From the sequence record SRR31156797_4649: a stretch of 64,000 bases of DNA, one strand, 5' to 3'. The notes under the pieces are model-generated. The model made no database searches. It saw only the letters and a program-made list of their open reading frames with translations, and had not been told where the DNA came from. Made by a program: the position numbers and the translations under genes. Each line of letters opens with the position of its first letter. Position 1 is the stretch's first letter. Of this stretch, positions 28,255-36,929 are shown piece after piece.

Positions 28255-28866
28255 TTATTCTGTAGCTTGTCTTTCTTCAAACCTTGCATTCAACCCTTTC
28301 AAAATTTGATCGGTAATATTGAATTGTTGTTGTCCAAATATAATAGCTCCACCTGCTGTATGACTTAAAATAAAATCATACCTTTTATCCTTATTATAAA
28401 AGTTTACATAACTAGTAATACTATCATAAAGCTCCTGATAAATACTTTGTTCCGTAACCATTAAATTTTGGTTTAGCTGTTGATTTAATTGTTCAAGTTG
28501 TTGCTGTTCAGACAATAACTCTTGTTGCTGCGCTTCAGCTGATGCTTGAGACAAGAAACCTCCTCGTTGCACTTTTTCCTGGAAGGCCTGATAATTCTTT
28601 TGAAACTTAGCCATTCTTTGTTGTAATTCTCTTTCTGATTGACGCTTCTGAGATGCAAATTGATCTTCTAATTTACGCGCTAGCTTGTAATGAAGAACTA
28701 ATGAATCTGTTTTAATGTAAGCTACATTTAATGAACCACTTACTTGTTTTTCCTTTACTTCAGGTTCATCTTGCTTAATCTCCTCTTTTCCGCTAAATTG
28801 ATTGATCAATAAAAAGACAACTACTGCTGCCAGTATTACTTCAATAATTAGATTTTTCTTATTCAT
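28255..28866 (-). CDS. ompH: OmpH/Skp family periplasmic chaperone with N-terminal anchor
   Basis: VAYIKTDSL, Gln-rich coiled coil and YDFILS...NITDQILKGLNARF. Start set at MNKKN (28866). Confidence 0.85.
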   Translation of the reverse strand: MNKKNLIIEVILAAVVVFLLINQFSGKEEIKQDEPEVKEKQVSGSLNVAYIKTDSLVLHYKLARKLEDQFASQKRQSERELQQRMAKFQKNYQAFQEKVQRGGFLSQASAEAQQQELLSEQQQLEQLNQQLNQNLMVTEQSIYQELYDSITSYVNFYNKDKRYDFILSHTAGGAIIFGQQQFNITDQILKGLNARFEERQATE

Positions 28867-28941
28867 AAAAGTAATGTTTACATTAAAATTTAATTTCAAA
28901 TATTAGAGGTCGCTAAAATACAATTTTAACCGGGTAAAACA

Positions 28942-30375
28942 TCAGTTATTACGGTTTTTCCAAATAAAAAATATAAGCAATACAATTGCAACCACTGATC
29001 CTACACTATAGGCTAATTCACTTCCCAGCGCTAAACCACCATTCTTATATGGAGCAATAAATAAATAAGTTACTACAATAAAAGTCATAAAAGTGGCTGG
29101 AATGGATAGCAGCCAATGGTTTCTTTTATTTTGAATGACATATGCTGCGGCCATCCACAATACCACGGCTGACAAAACCTGGTTAGATAACCCAAGGTAT
29201 TTCCATACTGTTGCAAAATCGAGTTGAGAAAGCACAAACCCCACTGCAAACAATGGCACGCTTACAATCAACCTATTGGCAAGACTTTTCTGATTGAATT
29301 TAAAAATATCTGCTACGGTTAACCTGGCACTACGAAATGCTGTATCACCTGTACTAATGGGTAAGGCAATCACACCAATTATTGCAAATATTGCCCCCAC
29401 TTTCCCTAACCATGATTTACTAATTTCATCAACTACTGCGGCTGGATTATTCTCAATGGTTATCATATGCTCGTTTAATCCCTCTGCACCACCGAAATAA
29501 TTCATAGCAGCTGTAGCCCAAATTATGGCCACAATACCTTCAGCTATCATTGCCCCATAAAAAACAGAACGTCCTTGCTTTTCATTTTTTAATGTCCGGG
29601 CCATCATTGGAGCCTGAGTAGCATGAAAACCTGATATGGCACCACATGATATTACAATGAACATCATAGGTAGTAATATATTATCGGATGATGTGTGGTG
29701 CCAGTTTTTTAAATTTTCAGGTAAAAACTCAACCATAGGAAGCTCACCTGTGGCACCTTTCCAAATCATTGCACCAGCAATCCCTACAGCCATGATAAGC
29801 AGAGCAATACCAAAAATTGGGTAAATCTTACCAATAATTTTATTGATAGGAAGAAGCGTAGCAACCAAATAATAGGCAAAAATTCCGTACAACCAATACA
29901 TTTTTCCACCTCCTGTTAGCGTATTAAGCAACCCGGCAGGCCCTGTAACAAATGCCACTCCAACAAATATAAGTAATAAGATTGTAAAAATGCGTAAAAA
30001 CTGCTGCATTCCGGTCCCTAAGTATTTTCCAACTAATTCGGGCAAACTTGCACCATTATTCCGAACAGATAACATACCACTAAAATAATCGTGCACACTA
30101 CCCATAAAAATACAACCAACCACTATCCACAAATATGCCCACGGGCCATACATTGCTCCGAGTATCGCACCAAAAATAGGTCCTAAGCCGGCAATATTCA
30201 AAAACTCTATTGTAAACACCTTCCACCTTGGCATAGGAATATAATCTACACCATCGTTTACGGTATATGCAGGAGTTTTCCTGTTTTGATCTTCACCAAA
30301 AAAACGAGCGATAAACTTACCATAGATAATATAGCCTAGTATCAGAGCAAGTATTGCAACAATAAAACTTATCAT
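28942..30375 (-). CDS. cstA: Carbon starvation CstA family transporter
   Basis: TPAY..DGVDY, FLNIAGLGPIFGA, VHDY, CGAISGFHATQ, GAMIAEG and TGDTAFRSARL. Confidence 0.93.
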   Translation of the reverse strand: MISFIVAILALILGYIIYGKFIARFFGEDQNRKTPAYTVNDGVDYIPMPRWKVFTIEFLNIAGLGPIFGAILGAMYGPWAYLWIVVGCIFMGSVHDYFSGMLSVRNNGASLPELVGKYLGTGMQQFLRIFTILLLIFVGVAFVTGPAGLLNTLTGGGKMYWLYGIFAYYLVATLLPINKIIGKIYPIFGIALLIMAVGIAGAMIWKGATGELPMVEFLPENLKNWHHTSSDNILLPMMFIVISCGAISGFHATQAPMMARTLKNEKQGRSVFYGAMIAEGIVAIIWATAAMNYFGGAEGLNEHMITIENNPAAVVDEISKSWLGKVGAIFAIIGVIALPISTGDTAFRSARLTVADIFKFNQKSLANRLIVSVPLFAVGFVLSQLDFATVWKYLGLSNQVLSAVVLWMAAAYVIQNKRNHWLLSIPATFMTFIVVTYLFIAPYKNGGLALGSELAYSVGSVVAIVLLIFFIWKNRNN

Positions 30376-30393
30376 TCAACTAAAATTTTAGTA

Positions 30394-30401
30394 CAAATTT
30401 A
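30394..30401 (-). promoter_or_regulatory. Putative -7 element for cstA
   Basis: Minus strand TAAATTTG 18 nt before the ATG. Confidence 0.5.
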
Positions 30402-30572
30402 GCAGATTGTTGTACAATGTGAAATACATCAGGATTTAAGATATTTAGAAGACACAAGAAAGAACAAAACATAAATCATTCATATTCAAAACATTTAATT
30501 TTGTTTTTCATCTTCATTTTTCTTAACTTATGGGTTTCCTAATTTCTATTTTACTAACCAAAACCACACATT

Positions 30573-33485
30573 ATGAAAAAGCAGCTCTTAACATTCATCC
30601 TTGTAATTGCTTATTTTGCTTTAAGCTTTGCACAACCCTCAACATTCAATTATCAATCTGTAATTAGAGATGCTGACGGAAATGTGCTACAAAATCAGGA
30701 AATAGATTTAAAATTAATCATTACCGATATTGGTAAAACTGATTATTATATTGAAACACATGTATTAACAACAAATAATCTGGGGCAAATTTCAGCGCAA
30801 GTTGGAGATGGAAATGTCGAAATTGGCGATTTTAGTTCTATACCATGGGGAACAGAACAGTTATATCTTGTGGTTCAGGTTTCATTAGACGAAGGTGCAA
30901 CTTTTATAGATATGGGGCGATCTCCCCTACTCGCCGTGCCTTATGCCTTGTATGCCGCTGATGGAAACGAAGGCCCTCAAGGACCTGAAGGAAACGGCAT
31001 TGAGTCAGTAATTGATAATGGAAATGGAACAATAACCTTTAATTTTACTGATGGTTCTAGTTACACCACACCAAATCTTGCCGGACCAACCATCGAAACT
31101 TCTCCGGGAAATATCATTTACAGAGATACCACAGGTTGGGTGGCCACTGATGCCATCAAAATTGCCAATAAAAAAATTGGTATTGGTGAAGATCCTGCCA
31201 TTTCAAGACTTTCTGTAAAAGAAGACTCTTTGGCTGGAGAAAACGATCCTATTTTTGAAGTGAAAAATAAAGATGGTGAAGTAATTTTTGCTGTATATGA
31301 CGGTGGAGTGGAAATATATGTAGATGACACGGGTACCAAAAAAGGCGTAAAAGGTGGTTTTGCTGTAGGTGGTTTATCTGGTACAAAAGCTAATGGTATA
31401 GAATATCTTAAAGTAACTCCTGACAGCACCAGAATTTATGTAAAAGAACCTGCAAAAGGGGTAAAAGGCGGTTTTGCTGTTGGAGGATTAAGCGGTACTA
31501 AAAATATAACAAGAAATTTTTTACATGTTTCTCCAGACTCAGTTCGAGTTTATATTGATAATAATCCAACAAAAGGAGTAAAAGGTGGTTTCGCTGTCGG
31601 TGGTTTATCCGGTACTAAAGTAGAAGGAACATATTTTCTTAATTTAACACCGAATAATTATTTTATTGGACATGAGAGCGGTAGCAACCTAACTACTGGT
31701 TTGTATAATTCTACTATGGGATATCAGGCAGGATATTCTATTTCCGAAGGAAACAGTAATGCACTTATTGGCTATCAAAGTGGTTTTTCAACTACAACAG
31801 GAAATGCAAATTTATTTTTAGGCTACCAAACAGGTTACAATAATGTTACTGGAAGTTTTAATTCATTTCTGGGATATCAGGCAGGATTCAGTAACACAAC
31901 CGGAAGCGGTAATAGTTTTATAGGAAGTTATAGTGGTTATTCTAATACCACTGGTTTTACGAATACCTTTATTGGCTTTTCTTCAGGTAGAAATAATACT
32001 TCAGGTAACGGAAATACTTTTATAGGAAACAATGTAGGATTAAGTAATACAGAGGGATATTATAATGTTTATATTGGTGAACGAGCAGGATACCAGGGTA
32101 CGGGAGCAGATTTAAATGTTTTTATAGGTTACCGAAGTGGATATTCTGTTTCAACAGGAATTAAAAACATTGCATTGGGATACCTAAGTGGATATGGCTT
32201 GTCTTCAGGTGCAGATAACATTTTTATTGGTAGTCAAAGTGGTTATAATAACTCAACAGGAATTAGCAATGTGTTTATTGGAAATCAAGCCGGAGAATCA
32301 AATACTGGTGGTTCCAATAATGTTTTTTTAGGGTATTATGCAGGAAATGTGAACACAGCAAGTAATAATATCTTTTTGGGGTATCAGTCGGGACAAAACA
32401 ATACATCTGGTTCAGAAAATGCTTTTATGGGTTATCGTGCAGGATATAGTAATAGTACAGGTGACGATAACGTATTTGTTGGAACACAAGCTGGTTATGC
32501 AAATACAACCGGTTATAGCAATGTGTTTATGGGAAATAATGCAGGGTACTCCAATGCTGATGGTAATGCTAATGTTTTTATGGGCACAGGTGCAGGGTAT
32601 TCAAATCAGGGAGGTCGTGAAAATGTTTTTATTGGCACTAATGCCGGACTATCCAATACTGAAGGCGATATGAATGTATTCTTGGGGTATCATGCAGGTT
32701 ATTACAATACCGATTCTTATGGTAATATTTTTATAGGAAGGGAAGCAGGTAGAGAAAATCAAACAGCTAATCATAATATTTTTATGGGATATCGAGCAGG
32801 ATATTTGACTACAACCGGACAACGAAATGTAATGCTTGGAGGAGTTGTTGGAGCAGCCAATACAGCAGGAACAGACAATGTTTATATTGGTTACGGTGCA
32901 GGTGAATCCAATTCTATAGGAAATAATAATGTAATGATTGGCAGACAATCAGGAAGAAATAATGTTGGAACTGGTAACGTATTTTTAGGTATTTATGCAG
33001 GTTATAATGAAACGGGATCCAATTTATTGTATATAGATAATTCAACAACATCTTCACCATTAATACATGGAAATTTTAGTACAAATGTTGTAACTATAAA
33101 TGGAGATTTACATTATACAGGCTCCTTTAGTCAAACTTCAGATTTAAGACTAAAAACAAATTTATTGGAAATAGCTTCAGGTTTGGATATAATACGACAA
33201 ATTAAAGGATATTACTTTAATTGGAATGAGAAAGCTACTAATAAATATAATTATAATACAAATAAACAAATTGGTTTTGTAGCTCAGGAAATTGAAAAAG
33301 TGTTACCTGAGTTAATCTCAGAAGGAGCTAATGGTTATAAATCAGTTGACTACACAAAAATAACTCCAGTACTTGTTGAAGCGGTAAAAGAACAACAAAA
33401 TCAAATTGAAGAGCTAAAAACAGAAAATGAAGAATTGAAAAATAAACTCAATGGAATTATCAAGCTATTAGAAAAACAGAAATAA
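30573..33485 (+). CDS. Sec-exported tail-fibre-like protein 1: N-terminal module, short Gly-X-Y stretch, 3 KGVK repeats, 27 x 16-17-aa repeats, peptidase S74 chaperone and coiled coil
   Basis: Signal peptide SFA|QP; FNYQSVIRD...PYALYA module; GPQGPEG; NxFxGYxAG repeats; SDLRLK...IGFVAQEIEKVLPELI...VDY..ITPVLVEAVKEQ (S74). Confidence 0.85.
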   Translation: MKKQLLTFILVIAYFALSFAQPSTFNYQSVIRDADGNVLQNQEIDLKLIITDIGKTDYYIETHVLTTNNLGQISAQVGDGNVEIGDFSSIPWGTEQLYLVVQVSLDEGATFIDMGRSPLLAVPYALYAADGNEGPQGPEGNGIESVIDNGNGTITFNFTDGSSYTTPNLAGPTIETSPGNIIYRDTTGWVATDAIKIANKKIGIGEDPAISRLSVKEDSLAGENDPIFEVKNKDGEVIFAVYDGGVEIYVDDTGTKKGVKGGFAVGGLSGTKANGIEYLKVTPDSTRIYVKEPAKGVKGGFAVGGLSGTKNITRNFLHVSPDSVRVYIDNNPTKGVKGGFAVGGLSGTKVEGTYFLNLTPNNYFIGHESGSNLTTGLYNSTMGYQAGYSISEGNSNALIGYQSGFSTTTGNANLFLGYQTGYNNVTGSFNSFLGYQAGFSNTTGSGNSFIGSYSGYSNTTGFTNTFIGFSSGRNNTSGNGNTFIGNNVGLSNTEGYYNVYIGERAGYQGTGADLNVFIGYRSGYSVSTGIKNIALGYLSGYGLSSGADNIFIGSQSGYNNSTGISNVFIGNQAGESNTGGSNNVFLGYYAGNVNTASNNIFLGYQSGQNNTSGSENAFMGYRAGYSNSTGDDNVFVGTQAGYANTTGYSNVFMGNNAGYSNADGNANVFMGTGAGYSNQGGRENVFIGTNAGLSNTEGDMNVFLGYHAGYYNTDSYGNIFIGREAGRENQTANHNIFMGYRAGYLTTTGQRNVMLGGVVGAANTAGTDNVYIGYGAGESNSIGNNNVMIGRQSGRNNVGTGNVFLGIYAGYNETGSNLLYIDNSTTSSPLIHGNFSTNVVTINGDLHYTGSFSQTSDLRLKTNLLEIASGLDIIRQIKGYYFNWNEKATNKYNYNTNKQIGFVAQEIEKVLPELISEGANGYKSVDYTKITPVLVEAVKEQQNQIEELKTENEELKNKLNGIIKLLEKQK
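31341..31619 (+). repeat. Three copies of KGVKGGFAVGGLSGTK (period 38-39 aa) in fibre 1
   Basis: Copies at 31341-31388, 31455-31502 and 31572-31619; amino-acid identical with synonymous DNA differences. Confidence 0.97.
31656..33023 (+). repeat. 27 tandem N-x-(F/Y)-(I/L/M)-G-x-x-(A/S)-G repeats (24 of 17 aa, 3 of 16 aa)
   Basis: Counted from NYFIGHESG to NVFLGIYAG; 1368 nt = 456 aa. Confidence 0.95.
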
Positions 33486-33694
33486 TTAGCGATGTCAGAA
33501 TATCCTAACACTGGAATCTCTAATTTTTATTGGTGGATGGGATGGAGCAAATGAATAAGGTTCTGAAATAAAATATATTCAAGACGGTAAAGGATGGAAA
33601 TAAATTGTTTTACAGGCAGAAAATAAAGCAAAAAACATCATTTAAATTCAACAAAGGTGAGTTAACTAATTAAATGTTAATTGTGGCATTATTC

Positions 33695-33725
33695 TTTGAA
33701 CAGTAATTCCTTATGTTTATTTTTG
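33695..33725 (+). promoter_or_regulatory. Consensus Bacteroidota sigma70 promoter for the T9SS-CTD protein and fibre 2
   Basis: TTTG (33695-98), 19 nt, TATTTTTG (33718-25) matches TTTG-N19-21-TAnnTTTG. Confidence 0.65.
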
Positions 33726-33802
33726 ACCTTAAGAAATAATGTCAAAATGGTAACTTTTGTTGCTGAAAATAGTTTAATAAAAAAACATAAAACACACCAA
33801 AT

Positions 33803-34306
33803 ATGAAAGCATTTGTATTAACCGTAATATTAGTCACATTTTTGGAATTTGGATATTCCCAAAGCATCTCCAAAGAGGTTGTTGCTTCTGCTGGAGAGAC
33901 TTTCACACACCCTACTGAAAACTTTACCATGAGTTGGACACTAGGTGAAACAGTAATTGGAACTTTTAGCTCAGGCGATGGATCAATTACTATCTCACAA
34001 GGATTTCATAGTGGTGGACCTTTAAGCGGCATTGGCATTGACGAATACATGCAGAGTGAAGATTATCTTTACCTCTACCCTAACCCGGTTGACAAAACAC
34101 TGTTTATGAATGTAAGTAAAACAGGTAAAACAGAATTTACTTATAAAATTTTCAACTCTCAAGGTCAAATCATTCTCGTTGACAAAGTTTCAGAAAATGA
34201 GGAACTAATTGAAATAGATGTTTCTGAAGCTAAACCTGGGATTTATTTTTTGATTTCAGAATTTAAAAACGGAGAGAGAAATAGTTATAAATTCATAAAA
34301 AACTAA
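33803..34306 (+). CDS. Small T9SS type-A CTD protein with a ~60-aa passenger
   Basis: Signal peptide GYS|Q; VVASAG...SWTLGE...SQGFH mini-domain; CTD LYPNPV...IFNSQGQ...PGIYFL...YKFIKN. Confidence 0.88.
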   Translation: MKAFVLTVILVTFLEFGYSQSISKEVVASAGETFTHPTENFTMSWTLGETVIGTFSSGDGSITISQGFHSGGPLSGIGIDEYMQSEDYLYLYPNPVDKTLFMNVSKTGKTEFTYKIFNSQGQIILVDKVSENEELIEIDVSEAKPGIYFLISEFKNGERNSYKFIKN

Positions 34307-34342
34307 ACAAGCAACCCATTTTCCCAACTAAAATATCTCATC

Positions 34343-36874
34343 ATGAAAAAACAACTTTTAACATTGTTAGTGGTTGTCATGGCTACCATCGCCACAATCG
34401 CACAACCTAACTCATTTAATTATCAAGCAGTTATAAGAGATTCTGAAGGCAACATCTTACAAAATGAGAATACTGATTTAAAGCTTTCAATAATTGATGA
34501 AAGTGAAACTGAATACTATATTGAAACACACTCTACAACTACCAATGAACTAGGTCAAATTCAAATTGCAGTAGGTACAGGAACCGTTATAAGCGGTGAT
34601 CTAGCAACAGCTCCATGGGGAACAGCACAACTTATTTTAAAAATAGAGTTATCTATGGATGGAGGTACCACTTATGAATTAATGGGACAATCACCTCTTT
34701 TAGGGGTGCCCTATGCATTTTACTCTGCTTCAGGTGATCCAGGGCCTACTGGAAATGGAATCGACTCTGTTACAGACAATGGAGATGGAACCCTTACATT
34801 TCATTTTACAGATGGCTCAACTTATACAACACCTAACCTAGCAGGACCTGTTCTTGATGCGGAACCTGGAAACCTAATTTACAGAGACACTGTTGGTTGG
34901 ATAGCTACTGATGCCATTAAAATTGCAGGCAACAAAGTTGCAATTGGTTCAAGCCCCGCTATTTCAAGGCTTTTAGTAAAAGGAGACTCCCTCGCCGGAG
35001 CTGAGGACCCTATATTTGAAGTAAAAAATAAAGATGGAGCTGTAGTGTTTGCAGTATACGATAATGGTGTTCAAATTTATGTGGATGATACTGGTAAAAA
35101 GAAAGGCGTAAAAGGTGGATTTGCTGTTGGAGGATTATCTGGAACTAAAGCAAGCGGATTAGAGTATTTTAGAGTTACACCTGATAGTGTGAGGATTTAC
35201 CTTAGAGAAGATACTACAAAAGGTGTCAAAGGTGGATTTGCAGTTGGTGGTTTATCCGGAACAAAAGCAACGCCATATGATTATCTTAAAATTACCCCCG
35301 ATAGTACCAGAATTTATGTAAAAGAGACTGCCAAAGGTGTGAAAGGTGGATTTGCAGTTGGGGGATTAAGTGGAACTAAAAACATAAGTAAAGATTTCCT
35401 TCATGTATCTCCGGATAGTGTTAGAATATACATTGATGAATCAAATGCAAAAGGAGTAAAAGGAGGTTTTGCAGTTGGTGGATTATCTGGCACAAAAGCT
35501 CAAGGAACACAATTCTTCAATGTTGAATTTGATACTGCTCAAGTTATTGACCCAAGTGAACCTCGCATACTCTGGTATCCAGTTAAAAATGCTTTCCTGG
35601 CTGGTCAGGTATTGATTGAATCACCTGATAGTGTAGGAACAAACTCTTTTAGTTCCGGATATGAAAACAAGGCTGTAGGTTATAGTTCAATGGCAATAGG
35701 TGTTCAATCAGTGAGCCGCGGATTGTTATCAACAGCACTTGGCTATAGATCAGTTGCAGAAGATACACTTTCATTTGCTTTTGGAAATAATTCATACGCA
35801 AAAGGAATAAGCTCATATGCTTTAGGTTCTTATTCAAGAGCAATAGGAACAGGAAGTTTTGCATTAGGTTTTTATGATGCTGAATTTAGCGGATTTGCCG
35901 AAAAACCCACCACTGCATATGGACCTTACTCATTTGCATTAGGTATTGGAGCACTTGCTCATGATACCGCCTCAGTAGCAATAGGTGTCAACGCGACAGC
36001 AAGCGGTATGTTATCAACCGCACTTGGTTATAGTACGAAATCTACTGGCTACAACAGTCTATCATTTGGTGCTTTGAACGAAGCATCTGGTGAGAACTCC
36101 ATGGCAATTGGTTTTGCTTCCAATGCGGAAGGGCTAAATTCTTTCGTTGTTGGTAATAGTTCCTCAGCCCTATCAAATTATGCTTTTGCTATTGGTAATT
36201 TTGCTAACGCTGAAAGCGGTTCTTCATATGCACTTGGAAACTATATCAATAATAAAGGAACCAATTCATTTGCCTTAGGAAATAATATTGACGTCAAATC
36301 TGACGCAAGTTATAGCTTTACCATAGGAAGCAATATAATTGTTGGGCCTGATGCTAATAATAGTTTTACAATGGGTTCCAATATTGATAATAACAGTTCC
36401 GGAAGCTTTGTGTTTGGTGATGCCAGCATGGCAATGACATACAGTGTAACACAAGACAATAGTTTTATCGTAAGGTCAACCGGTGGAGTTGAAATCTTTA
36501 CAACCACCGATTATACCAATGGTATTTCAGTTTCTTCAGGTGGTGGTTCATGGAATACAATCTCAGATAAAAACAAAAAAGAAAATTACACTCAACTTGA
36601 TTCAAAAGAAATTTACAATAAATTACTTCAGCTACCTGTAGAGCGTTGGAACTACAAAAGCCAATCGCCTGACATTATGCACATTGGAACTTACTCTCAA
36701 GACTTCTATCGCTTATTCCAGGTTGGAGAAAGTGAATTAACTATCACATGGATGGATCCTGTTGGAGTGAATACAATTGGTATTCAACACCAGGCTAAAA
36801 TAATTGAACAGCAACAAAAGGAGATCGAAAAGCTTAAAAAAGAAATTGAAGAAATTAAGAGACTTTTAAAATAA
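34343..36874 (+). CDS. Sec-exported tail-fibre-like protein 2: same N-terminal module, 4 KGVK repeats, YadA-head-like 14-aa repeats, S74 chaperone and coiled coil
   Basis: Signal peptide TIA|QP; alignable with fibre 1 over about the first 350-390 aa; RILWYPVKNAFLAG; SxA(L/I/F)G repeats; SDKNKKEN...WNYKSQ...HIG..SQDFY..F. Confidence 0.85.
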   Translation: MKKQLLTLLVVVMATIATIAQPNSFNYQAVIRDSEGNILQNENTDLKLSIIDESETEYYIETHSTTTNELGQIQIAVGTGTVISGDLATAPWGTAQLILKIELSMDGGTTYELMGQSPLLGVPYAFYSASGDPGPTGNGIDSVTDNGDGTLTFHFTDGSTYTTPNLAGPVLDAEPGNLIYRDTVGWIATDAIKIAGNKVAIGSSPAISRLLVKGDSLAGAEDPIFEVKNKDGAVVFAVYDNGVQIYVDDTGKKKGVKGGFAVGGLSGTKASGLEYFRVTPDSVRIYLREDTTKGVKGGFAVGGLSGTKATPYDYLKITPDSTRIYVKETAKGVKGGFAVGGLSGTKNISKDFLHVSPDSVRIYIDESNAKGVKGGFAVGGLSGTKAQGTQFFNVEFDTAQVIDPSEPRILWYPVKNAFLAGQVLIESPDSVGTNSFSSGYENKAVGYSSMAIGVQSVSRGLLSTALGYRSVAEDTLSFAFGNNSYAKGISSYALGSYSRAIGTGSFALGFYDAEFSGFAEKPTTAYGPYSFALGIGALAHDTASVAIGVNATASGMLSTALGYSTKSTGYNSLSFGALNEASGENSMAIGFASNAEGLNSFVVGNSSSALSNYAFAIGNFANAESGSSYALGNYINNKGTNSFALGNNIDVKSDASYSFTIGSNIIVGPDANNSFTMGSNIDNNSSGSFVFGDASMAMTYSVTQDNSFIVRSTGGVEIFTTTDYTNGISVSSGGGSWNTISDKNKKENYTQLDSKEIYNKLLQLPVERWNYKSQSPDIMHIGTYSQDFYRLFQVGESELTITWMDPVGVNTIGIQHQAKIIEQQQKEIEKLKKEIEEIKRLLK
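35102..35497 (+). repeat. Four copies of KGVKGGFAVGGLSGTK (period 38-39 aa) in fibre 2
   Basis: Copies at 35102-35149, 35219-35266, 35333-35380 and 35450-35497. Confidence 0.97.
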
Positions 36875-36892
36875 ACTTAGCTTAAAAATACG

Positions 36893-36929
36893 AAAAGCTG
36901 TTCAATAGTGTTTGAACAGCTTTTTTTTT
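36893..36929 (+). terminator. Rho-independent terminator after fibre 2
   Basis: AAAAGCTGTTCAA-tagtgt-TTGAACAGCTTTT, perfect 13-bp stem followed by a T run. Confidence 0.9.

Noticed and set aside
33486-33690. Possible decayed gene fragment or 20-aa ORF (MSEYPNTGISNFYWWMGWSK) after fibre 1
   Set aside because: It is too short, interrupted by stops in other frames and has no recognisable homology; it cannot be supported without a search.
31341-35497. KGVK repeats as a CRISPR array, DGR template/variable repeat or shufflon sites
   Set aside because: The repeats are in-frame, conserved at protein rather than DNA level and all in direct orientation. No cas, reverse transcriptase or recombinase gene is in the window.
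30573-36874. Prophage, tailocin or contractile injection system interpretation of the fibre genes
   Set aside because: No capsid, tube, sheath, baseplate, integrase or lysis genes are present, and both fibres have Sec signal peptides.
34343-36874. Classical trimeric autotransporter (type Vc) call for fibre 2
   Set aside because: YadA-head-like repeats are present, but the C-terminus is S74 plus coiled coil with no YadA anchor barrel or terminal aromatic residue.
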